Source of the DNA: a virus
Lineage: Duplodnaviria > Caudoviricetes
Length of the DNA: 62,834 nt
Virus record (IMG/VR): IMGVR_UViG_3300005805_000089
Span: 1-62,834 of that record
Strand: one strand, 5' to 3'
Under the pieces are notes generated by a model, which saw only the letters and a program-made list of their open reading frames with translations, was not told the origin of the DNA and did not search any database. Shown piece after piece: positions 55,416 to 62,834 of this stretch (positions are counted from its first letter, which is position 1; each line of letters begins with the position of its first letter). The position numbers and the translations under genes were made by a program.

Positions 55416-57122
55416 TTATTGAGCTGGGGTTTCTGTTGCTGCTGCTTCACCTTCTGCGCCTGTTTCTGCTGCTGCGGCCATATCTTCAGGTGCTTCGGCG
55501 TCTTGTGCGCCCATGTCTGCTGCCATGCCACCAGGAGTAATTCCTGCTGATCTTAATTCTGCGGCTGCGTCTGTTGGTGCTTGGAGTTTTGCTCCGTTTT
55601 CTTCTTTCCACTGACGTTCGTTTTCTGTGATCTCTTCTTGAGTTAAACCTAAGAATCGTTTCATAGCAAAACGTTTACTCATATATGGAACTTCTTGTAA
55701 TTGTGCAAAAGTTGCTACACGGGCTGTATCAAGTTCTGATTGACGATAAGCAGCAAAGTTTTGTGGTTGATTAAATTTAAGTTCGAACAAACTTGAATCA
55801 ATATTAATTCCCTGTGTCTGTAACCAAAGTTTAAATTCTAAATCAAAAGTTTCAACAATCATCGATTGTAGGCGTTTACAATATTCATTGAATCTCAATT
55901 CTTGAATATATGCTGTACCAACTTTACCATCAGCAATGGTGTTGCTGGCTTCTTCGATACCTGTTGGCAAGTATGCCGCCGGTATTCTTAAAGCACGGAA
56001 TAATTTATTTGTAAAGAATCTTAAGTCGGTGATCTCACCTAGATTAGTACCGCCTGGTAATGTTTCAACTTTTGATCCACGACCTTCTGCTGTTTGTGGG
56101 AAGAAATAATCTTCATTGGTTGAAAGAGGATTATATGATGAATCAACAATATTGGAACCGCCACCGCTTGCACTCGGAATACGACGTTGTTGGATTTCGT
56201 TTTTAACTCTTTCCACGAATGCCATGGCCATGTGTGCAGGCATGTTACCCACGTCTACATAGAATATACGTCTTTCTGGAGCACGTTGTATGCGATAGAT
56301 AATAATAGCATCTTCTAATAATTCTTTTTGTTTGTATACTTTGAAAACACTTTCAAGTATCGAATTACCAAATGGATAATTATTGTCTAGGCCTTCTGAT
56401 AATGAAATATGTACAACATTTTTAGCATCAACTGTGATTTCATTTGATTGATTACCAAAACGTGTGCCAGGTGGTTGCGCTGCTGCACCTACCATGCCGC
56501 GACCAAATCCTCCGCCTGATGTATATGAACTTACACCACTAGGTGCTGTGTTAGTTGTACCATGAGGAGTTACTGCTACTAAGTCTTTGAAATTAAAATT
56601 AATATCACGGATAACATATTGTTCAGGAATTTTACCTTCACTTTCGTTTACAATGATTTTGCTTACTTTAGCTGCATCAACAAATAACCATTTTTTAGTT
56701 TCTGGATCTCTTAGGAAAAAACAATCACCATACTTAAATGTGTTACGAACAATTTTAAAAATACGTGTTTCAAATTGTTGTTGTTTGGTCCATTTTTGCA
56801 ATGCATCTTTGATTAGCTTAACTTCAGTTCCTGTTGGTTGACCACGGAAGAATGTATGGAACGGTGTTGCATTTTCTTTGTCTTTTTGTGTGCAGAATTC
56901 TGCAAGGATGTCCAGTGCAGCATTAACTTCACTGTCCATGTCCATAGTGTCATATTGCATATAACGTTCAACACGATTTGGAGTACCAGCATATACATCT
57001 GGTAAGAAACTTGAATAATTTGCTCTTGCTGGACCAGCACGTCCTCTAGAACTACCAACCGGGCTTAGAGAGCCTCCTTGATTGTTAATATTAACGGGTG
57101 TAAAATGCTTTTTCCAACTCAT
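55416..57122 (-). CDS. gp20: Portal protein
   Basis: EVNAALDI, LLEDAIIIYRIQRAPERRIFYVDVGNMP, EDYFFP...GRGSKVETLPGG.NLGEI.D..FF..KL.RAL.IP. Confidence 0.97.
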   Translation of the reverse strand: MSWKKHFTPVNINNQGGSLSPVGSSRGRAGPARANYSSFLPDVYAGTPNRVERYMQYDTMDMDSEVNAALDILAEFCTQKDKENATPFHTFFRGQPTGTEVKLIKDALQKWTKQQQFETRIFKIVRNTFKYGDCFFLRDPETKKWLFVDAAKVSKIIVNESEGKIPEQYVIRDINFNFKDLVAVTPHGTTNTAPSGVSSYTSGGGFGRGMVGAAAQPPGTRFGNQSNEITVDAKNVVHISLSEGLDNNYPFGNSILESVFKVYKQKELLEDAIIIYRIQRAPERRIFYVDVGNMPAHMAMAFVERVKNEIQQRRIPSASGGGSNIVDSSYNPLSTNEDYFFPQTAEGRGSKVETLPGGTNLGEITDLRFFTNKLFRALRIPAAYLPTGIEEASNTIADGKVGTAYIQELRFNEYCKRLQSMIVETFDLEFKLWLQTQGINIDSSLFELKFNQPQNFAAYRQSELDTARVATFAQLQEVPYMSKRFAMKRFLGLTQEEITENERQWKEENGAKLQAPTDAAAELRSAGITPGGMAADMGAQDAEAPEDMAAAAETGAEGEAAATETPAQ

Positions 57123-57142
57123 AAGTAATCCTATATTTTGAA

Positions 57143-59713
57143 TTAGATAGCTTTGAGTAGATCGTTACTCATTGCCTGTACTGCTGATAATTGGCGGTTT
57201 TCTAATTCAAGCTGTCCTTTATTAACAGCTATTAGTTGTTCTAGTTTAGTATTTAAGCTGGATAATAGACTTTCAGCTGATTCTTGAGCAGGAGCTGTTT
57301 TAGATCCTTTTATATCATCTTCTACTTTTTTGGCATCTTCTTCTTTTTTGGTTGCGGCTGTTTTGGCTTCATCTGCGGCTTTTTGGGCCTCTACTGCTTT
57401 AGCAAGTACTGCTTTGGTTCCATCTGTTGATGCTGGTAATATTCCACTTTTTTGTGATCTGAGTTCAGCGGCCAATAGTGCAGTTGGATCAGATGTACCG
57501 TAATCTAATTGTGCTTTTTCTTCTTTGGCTGCTATTTCTTTTTTGTTAGCATCATCAAGTTTTCCAGCGTGCCCTTGTTTAAGTCCTAATAGTCTTTGGT
57601 CAATACTGGCCGCAGCTTGATCTCGTTTTTGTTGTTTTGTATCAGCATTTCTTTCGTGGGCTAATTTTGCACGTTCTGCATCTCGGGCTGTTTCAGCAGT
57701 ATCTAATTGTTTACGTCTAGCATCCCTAGCATCGTCTCTGGCTTTCTTTTCGTCATCAGATAATCCACCAAATCTCTGAGGTAGCATAGTTCTAAGTTTA
57801 TCAAATAATTCCATGATATTCATACCAAATCTTTCGAGATTGTCTTTGACTGCATCAAAGACTTTGCCAAAATCCCATCCTGCGTCATACAATGCTTTGA
57901 ATATCGCTACCAATCCAAGAACAGGAATAGCTATTGCAAGAAAGGGAGCAGCGGCTGCTAATACTGATCCGGCTAAGGCTAAAAGTCCACCATTAGCTAT
58001 AAACATCAATCCGTTTTGGATCATCAATAGACCATTCTTAGCCATTTCTAGTCCTTGTGTGATCATCATCTTGCCATGTAATATTAATAACGTAGTACCT
58101 AAAGCCGCCATGATTGGAACAAGATTATCCCAAATATATCCAGCAACACTCATAAAAGGTTTCAGCACATAGTCAACAACTGTACCACTGATTAATTGTA
58201 AAGCAGGCCACACATATTCTGAAATTACGCTGCCCAATGATTGGAATATTGGAAGTATATCAGCAATTAAAAACCCAGCTATGGTTAGAAATGCTGGATA
58301 TAAAAATTCAAATGCGGCTCGAATCCCAGTGGTTAACATATTAAACACTGGTACTAAAAAGTTCTGAACGATGTTAGCCAGTATGGTAAACGCTGACATC
58401 ATAGTATTCAATATACCGCTGTTGGCTAATGCCATTTGGAAACTGTTACTGAATTCTGCTAATTTTGCTTTGGCTTCTTCTGTGGCTTTTACCTGTCCGT
58501 CTGTTGCTTTGGCTGCGTTATTTTGGTTTTCTGTACCTTTTTTCATAGCGTCAGCTTGTAATTTATTAGCATCAATATTGGCCCTTGCCACATCATCAAA
58601 TTCACCGCTTGTTTGTGCCATCACTTGTCCAAAATTTTCTTGAACACGTTTACTCGACTTGATCATCACACCTACAGCCTGATCGCTATCTGCGGCGGTA
58701 GCTGCTTGATTGGCTTGGGCTAGATTTCTCAATCTCTGTAGTTCTGCTAAGGCTTCTTGTCCGTATAGTGCTCCAATTTTTCGTGTAGCCTCTGAAGTTA
58801 AATTTCCTGAAGTAATATAATCTTTTGCAAAATTTCCCAGTGTGGGTCCCATTCTTGTAATTAATGAGTTAAAACTAAGTTGTACGGCTTCACTCTTGGT
58901 ACTCATATATGATGAAAATTGTGCATCTGTCGCCATTTGTTTCATCTTTGCTTCAATAGATGCTCTTTCTTCTCCAGTGGCTTTAGCCAATAGATCAATT
59001 TCTTTCATGTAGGTTCGACTAGCTGAGGCCAACTGCTCGTTGTTCATTGTGCCTTGACGGCCTTGAATCCTTAACAATGCTCCGTAGTTGGCCAATCCTT
59101 GATTAATTTCTTCTGTACCATATCCCAGAGCGTATAGATCACTGCCTGTTGCACGCAGAGCTTTTGATACTTGACCAAATCGTTTAGCACCTTCTTCAGT
59201 GGTAGTACCAAATCCTAATAGTCCATCACCGTTTTTAGCAATCATCTGACCAAACTTGTCCATGGTCATACCTGCTTGACCTGCTGCTCTGGCAAAGTTG
59301 TTTACACTGCCACCAAAGGTAGCACCGGATGTTGCGGCTGCTTTAAATGCTCCTGTGGTCTTTTCTACCGATTGGGCAACGGCACTGAATACTGTGCCTA
59401 AGATAGGTACTTTGTCAAATATGCTAGCAGCACTTTCTAAACTATCACCAACATTGGCAAACTGTTTAATAGTATTGGTAAGACCGTCGGTAAGTTTGAT
59501 AAATCCTTTAGTTAGAGACTTTGCTTGTTTTTCTAAACCAGTTAAAGATTTACCAGATTCTTTGATATTTTTAGGATCAAGAGCTGCTCCACCGCCTAGG
59601 CCACCTCCGCCACTTTTCATAGCTTTTAAGATAGCCTGTAGAGTTGCTTCAGTAGCAGCATTTTTTGCTTCTACGGTACCAACTCCTGGGATGTCTATGA
59701 ATACTGATGCCAT
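57143..59713 (-). CDS. Probable tape measure protein
   Basis: 856 aa, Ala/Gly-rich and helical, periodic aromatic region, hydrophobic segment; divergent from the chaperone genes. Confidence 0.75.
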   Translation of the reverse strand: MASVFIDIPGVGTVEAKNAATEATLQAILKAMKSGGGGLGGGAALDPKNIKESGKSLTGLEKQAKSLTKGFIKLTDGLTNTIKQFANVGDSLESAASIFDKVPILGTVFSAVAQSVEKTTGAFKAAATSGATFGGSVNNFARAAGQAGMTMDKFGQMIAKNGDGLLGFGTTTEEGAKRFGQVSKALRATGSDLYALGYGTEEINQGLANYGALLRIQGRQGTMNNEQLASASRTYMKEIDLLAKATGEERASIEAKMKQMATDAQFSSYMSTKSEAVQLSFNSLITRMGPTLGNFAKDYITSGNLTSEATRKIGALYGQEALAELQRLRNLAQANQAATAADSDQAVGVMIKSSKRVQENFGQVMAQTSGEFDDVARANIDANKLQADAMKKGTENQNNAAKATDGQVKATEEAKAKLAEFSNSFQMALANSGILNTMMSAFTILANIVQNFLVPVFNMLTTGIRAAFEFLYPAFLTIAGFLIADILPIFQSLGSVISEYVWPALQLISGTVVDYVLKPFMSVAGYIWDNLVPIMAALGTTLLILHGKMMITQGLEMAKNGLLMIQNGLMFIANGGLLALAGSVLAAAAPFLAIAIPVLGLVAIFKALYDAGWDFGKVFDAVKDNLERFGMNIMELFDKLRTMLPQRFGGLSDDEKKARDDARDARRKQLDTAETARDAERAKLAHERNADTKQQKRDQAAASIDQRLLGLKQGHAGKLDDANKKEIAAKEEKAQLDYGTSDPTALLAAELRSQKSGILPASTDGTKAVLAKAVEAQKAADEAKTAATKKEEDAKKVEDDIKGSKTAPAQESAESLLSSLNTKLEQLIAVNKGQLELENRQLSAVQAMSNDLLKAI

Positions 59714-59739
59714 TTATTTTTTTCCTGGTAAAATGCGCA

Positions 59740-59768
59740 TATAAATACTTTTATATAATTGTATTTAT
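59740..59768. promoter_or_regulatory. Overlapping face-to-face late promoter elements
   Basis: TATAAATA on plus (59740-59747) and ATAAATA on minus (59762-59768). Confidence 0.65.
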
Positions 59769-59778
59769 CGGAGTAAAA

Positions 59779-60669
59779 ATGAGTGATAATTTAGAGGTGC
59801 AACAACCGGAATTGGTACAAAATCCGCAGCCCGCGGCTGCTAAAAATCCTTTATCAAATTGGTATAGACAGCCTAAGATCTATGTGTCATTACCTAGTAA
59901 AGGAAGATTTTATCCAGCAGGGTCTTTAGACGTTAGCGCCAACGGCGAATATGCTGTATATGCTATGACCGCTAAAGACGAACTCATGTTTAAAACTCCA
60001 GATGCATTATTGAGTGGACAGTCAACTGTAGAAATTATCAAAAGTTGTATTCCGGCGATTAAAGATCCTTGGATCATGCCTAGCATAGACCTTGACTTTG
60101 CTCTAATCGCGATCCGCATAGCCACCTACGGTGAAAGCATGGAAGTGGGCTGCAAATGCCCAAGCTGTGAAGCTGATAACAGTTATGATGTTAATCTGTC
60201 ACACTGGGTTGGCATGATAGGTCAATTTAATTATGATGACGTGATCAACGCTGATCCACTGACCATTTATATCAGACCTTATACCTATCAAGAAGTTACA
60301 AAAACTTCTATCAAGGCTTTGGAACAACAACGAATTTTCAACATCATCAATGATGACACTCTCAGTGACGAGGATAAGGTTGACAAGTTTGGCAAGAGCT
60401 TTGTCAAGATGACTGAACTCACTGTAGATATTATCGCTGATACTATCAAAAAAATCGTAACACCAGACGGTGAAACTTCGGACAAAGCTCAGATCAAAGA
60501 ATTTATCAACAACTGTTCAAAAGATCTGTTTGATACTATTTCAAACCGTGTGACTTCTATCAAAGAACAGATTGAACTCAAAGCACAGAATGTCAAGTGC
60601 AACGAATGTGATCATGAATTTTCATTACCGGTCACAATGGATCAATCAAATTTTTTCGCCAAAGGGTAG
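59779..60669 (+). CDS. gp26: Baseplate hub / tail assembly chaperone (gp26-like)
   Basis: LPSKG.FY, MTAKDE, DLDFALIAIR.A.YGE, two CxxC, IRPYTY, ends ...SNFF; start MSDNLE at 59779 with GGAG. Confidence 0.75.
   Translation: MSDNLEVQQPELVQNPQPAAAKNPLSNWYRQPKIYVSLPSKGRFYPAGSLDVSANGEYAVYAMTAKDELMFKTPDALLSGQSTVEIIKSCIPAIKDPWIMPSIDLDFALIAIRIATYGESMEVGCKCPSCEADNSYDVNLSHWVGMIGQFNYDDVINADPLTIYIRPYTYQEVTKTSIKALEQQRIFNIINDDTLSDEDKVDKFGKSFVKMTELTVDIIADTIKKIVTPDGETSDKAQIKEFINNCSKDLFDTISNRVTSIKEQIELKAQNVKCNECDHEFSLPVTMDQSNFFAKG
60651..60657 (+). other. Candidate -1 ribosomal frameshift heptamer T TTT TTC
   Basis: Correctly phased X XXY YYZ three codons before the gp26 stop; the -1 frame is open into 60681-60884. 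Confidence 0.65.
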
Positions 60670-60680
60670 CTAGTCTAGCC

Positions 60681-60884
60681 TTGTCTGAAATTTTAGAGTA
60701 TTCTAAACAGCTAGACAAGGAAGCAAAAGAAATCAAAAAAGAAGTTCTCAAGATGTGTTGGTATATGAGAGGACTCAGCTACTCGGAAGGAATGAATCTA
60801 AGTTTTGATGAGCGCCAGATAGTTGGCGAGATTATCAAAGAAAATCTCGAAACAACTAAAAAATCAGGCCTACCGTTCTTTTAG
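60681..60884 (+). CDS. gp51-like baseplate assembly domain, probably the frameshifted C-terminal extension of gp26
   Basis: WYMRGLSYSEGMNLS..ER pattern; TTG start without an SD. Confidence 0.65.
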   Translation: MSEILEYSKQLDKEAKEIKKEVLKMCWYMRGLSYSEGMNLSFDERQIVGEIIKENLETTKKSGLPFF

Positions 60885-62266
60885 AATGCAGGCTTGAGTT
60901 CTTTGGTCAGTTTGACCTTTACTTTTCCAATAACTTCATCACCAGCTTTCTTGATTTCAGCAGCTAATGTGTTGATATCAATCTTGCCAGTGGGTGCAGT
61001 ATCAGCTGTTGGTTCGTCTGATGCAGGTTCAGTGGCTGTTGATGTTGTAGCAACTTTTTGATCTGCTGTGGCATCTTGTGCTGGAGCGGTGTCAGTAGCA
61101 TCATCATAAGCAGCCGACTGCGCTGGTGTTGCTAACTTCATAGAGTCATAAGCACTTTTGATCACTGCAGGATCAACTCCTTGATCTTTTAAGAGTTTGT
61201 AAACAGCATCACTGTCTGTGGGGCTACCTGCTTTGGTCCAGGCTGCACGCAGTTTGTCTGCGGTGGTCTTGTTGGCAAGATTTTTACCAACCTGTTTGAG
61301 TTTGTCACCTACTACACCTGCAGCACCCTTAGCACCACCTTTGACTGCTGCACCTAGTTTGTTTAGGAATGCCGGAGCTTCTGTTAATTCTTGTGCCACA
61401 ATACGATTAAACAATAGATATACCTGTCCTTCGCTTAATGGACGAGCTTGTCTAACGATACTGTCGTTTAGCGTATACATGGCCTGTTTAGCACCAGTAA
61501 CTTTGTCGTAGACCCATAGGTGCATACCATCATTTTGATAGTCAAATGAATCTGGTGGATATTTAGACGCGATATAGTTGGCTAATTTTGAAGGAACTTC
61601 CCCAAACTCACTGTCGGGAACAATTTTAGCAGCAGCACTCTTTGGAACTTCGTCAGCGCCAGCAGATCCGCTTTTATCACCGCGCATGAAATCACCAAGT
61701 TTGCTAGCACCGTAGGCCACTGCACCTGTTTTAGCACCACTCCAAATAGCTGAACGTATGTCTTGACCTTGCAATAGTTTGTCGGTCATCTTGAGTAGGC
61801 CTAATGCCGCAGCACCACCTACTCCTGCGCCGCTGACACCAGCAGCAGCGATCAGTGCACCGTAGACAAAACTCTGTATGATAGGATGTTTTTTAGCAAA
61901 AGCGCGATACTTGTCCACATACCGCATAGCACCCGCATCACCGCCTGTGGCTGTTTTTAATTTTTCAGCAGCAGTTTCGTAGGCCTGTGCAAAATTCTTC
62001 ATAGGACCGCTGTCATAGACACTGCCTTTGAGCTTGCCCCATGCCTGTTTGGCCGCACTGGCCGCATCGGCACCTTTGCCTATGAACGTGCGATTGCCCT
62101 TGTTCTGTTCAATATTGGTGAAAAGATCCGAAATCTGATCAGCAGTGAGTTCTGCTTCGGCTAGCTGTCGTCCAACACTTTCCCAAAGCATAACCTGTTG
62201 ACGATCAAGGCTGTTAAGTCCTTCGTAGAGATATCTGTTTTCTGTGATTACATGTGTGATCTTCAT
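60881..62266 (-). CDS. Ala/Gly/Lys-rich hypothetical protein, candidate internal/ejected protein
   Basis: MKITHVITE start, repeated L-x-E sites, hydrophobic Gly-rich segment ALIAAAGVSGAGVGGAAALGLL. Confidence 0.6.
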   Translation of the reverse strand: MKITHVITENRYLYEGLNSLDRQQVMLWESVGRQLAEAELTADQISDLFTNIEQNKGNRTFIGKGADAASAAKQAWGKLKGSVYDSGPMKNFAQAYETAAEKLKTATGGDAGAMRYVDKYRAFAKKHPIIQSFVYGALIAAAGVSGAGVGGAAALGLLKMTDKLLQGQDIRSAIWSGAKTGAVAYGASKLGDFMRGDKSGSAGADEVPKSAAAKIVPDSEFGEVPSKLANYIASKYPPDSFDYQNDGMHLWVYDKVTGAKQAMYTLNDSIVRQARPLSEGQVYLLFNRIVAQELTEAPAFLNKLGAAVKGGAKGAAGVVGDKLKQVGKNLANKTTADKLRAAWTKAGSPTDSDAVYKLLKDQGVDPAVIKSAYDSMKLATPAQSAAYDDATDTAPAQDATADQKVATTSTATEPASDEPTADTAPTGKIDINTLAAEIKKAGDEVIGKVKVKLTKELKPAF

Positions 62267-62267
62267 A

Positions 62268-62834
62268 TTATAGCATCGCGTATAGTTGTTTTTTCTGCTC
62301 AGGATTGAGTTTGGCCAATTGTTTTTCTATGCCCTGCGGTATACCATCAGCACTGATTTTTTCATATTCAGCGCCAGTAATACCAGAAGCTACTCCTCGT
62401 CCTATGGCTTTGAGCGCACTGCCAACTCCGCCTTGTTTAGGTTGTTGTGTACCGCCAGCACTGTCTGCAGATGTTGATAAGGGTTCAACACCAGATCGTG
62501 CAGCATCTTGGGCCGCAGCTAAGAAAGCCGCATCTAATTGATTACCAGCTAGAGCTTCGTATACTCCTGCTGCTAGTTTTTGTGTGGGTAAGGTTTTTTT
62601 GGCAGCACGTTGTACACGTAGGCGCTGTGCATTAGGAGTTTGGCTAACTTGTCCAGCGACTTTGCCACCTGTATGTGGTTTAGCAGGCTCTGCCTGCGTT
62701 GCGGCAGCAGGATTACTAGTACCTTTTACAGCAGCAGTAGCTTGATCAGCAGGTGTTTGTTTGCCTAATTCTGCTTGAGCACCTTGTACAGCACCTCGAG
62801 CTACATCAGCTACACCTTTGCCCACAGCTTTAGC
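62268..62834 (-). CDS. Partial Ala/Gln-rich hypothetical protein (5' end outside window)
   Basis: Frame stays open beyond the track's GTG start to the window end. Confidence 0.65.
   Translation of the reverse strand, partial: AKAVGKGVADVARGAVQGAQAELGKQTPADQATAAVKGTSNPAAATQAEPAKPHTGGKVAGQVSQTPNAQRLRVQRAAKKTLPTQKLAAGVYEALAGNQLDAAFLAAAQDAARSGVEPLSTSADSAGGTQQPKQGGVGSALKAIGRGVASGITGAEYEKISADGIPQGIEKQLAKLNPEQKKQLYAML

Noticed and set aside
1512-62635. Numerous 60-150 aa antisense or alternate-frame ORFs in the track (e.g. 18135-18506, 36634-37053, 59298-59744)
   Set aside because: They lie inside well-supported genes, lack SD or promoter signals, and are the expected shadow of biased codon usage
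1-62834. Stop-codon reassignment, introns or inteins
   Set aside because: Genes are intact and densely packed under the standard code, TAG is used as a stop, and portal, capsid and protease show no interruptions

Overview
This window is the virion-morphogenesis region of a large T4-superfamily myovirus, AT-rich, standard genetic code, mostly on the minus strand. Recognisable genes: portal gp20, prohead protease gp21, scaffold gp22, major capsid gp23, neck gp13/gp14, tail terminator gp15, sheath gp18, tube gp19, a tube-like baseplate protein, head-completion nuclease gp4, probable small terminase gp16, tape measure, gp26/gp51-like chaperones and dNMP kinase. About 36 kb (13.5-49.8 kb) is fibre and accessory structural genes, with an embedded cassette of a NodU/TobZ carbamoyltransferase, a GT9-like glycosyltransferase, a fibre-chaperone-like gene and three tandem Cys/Gly-rich paralogs. 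Most notable signals: (1) six copies of a phycobiliprotein-like helical module (C-x-R-D in five, CKND in one) in three giant virion proteins; (2) a T-TTT-TTC slippery site that would fuse gp26 to gp51 by -1 frameshift, as in lambda G/GT; (3) the Cys-rich triplet with its modification enzymes; (4) two structured RNA leaders between late promoters and ribosome-binding sites; (5) many late genes that appear leaderless. All calls rest on motif recognition by eye; no database searches were run and the host is unknown.
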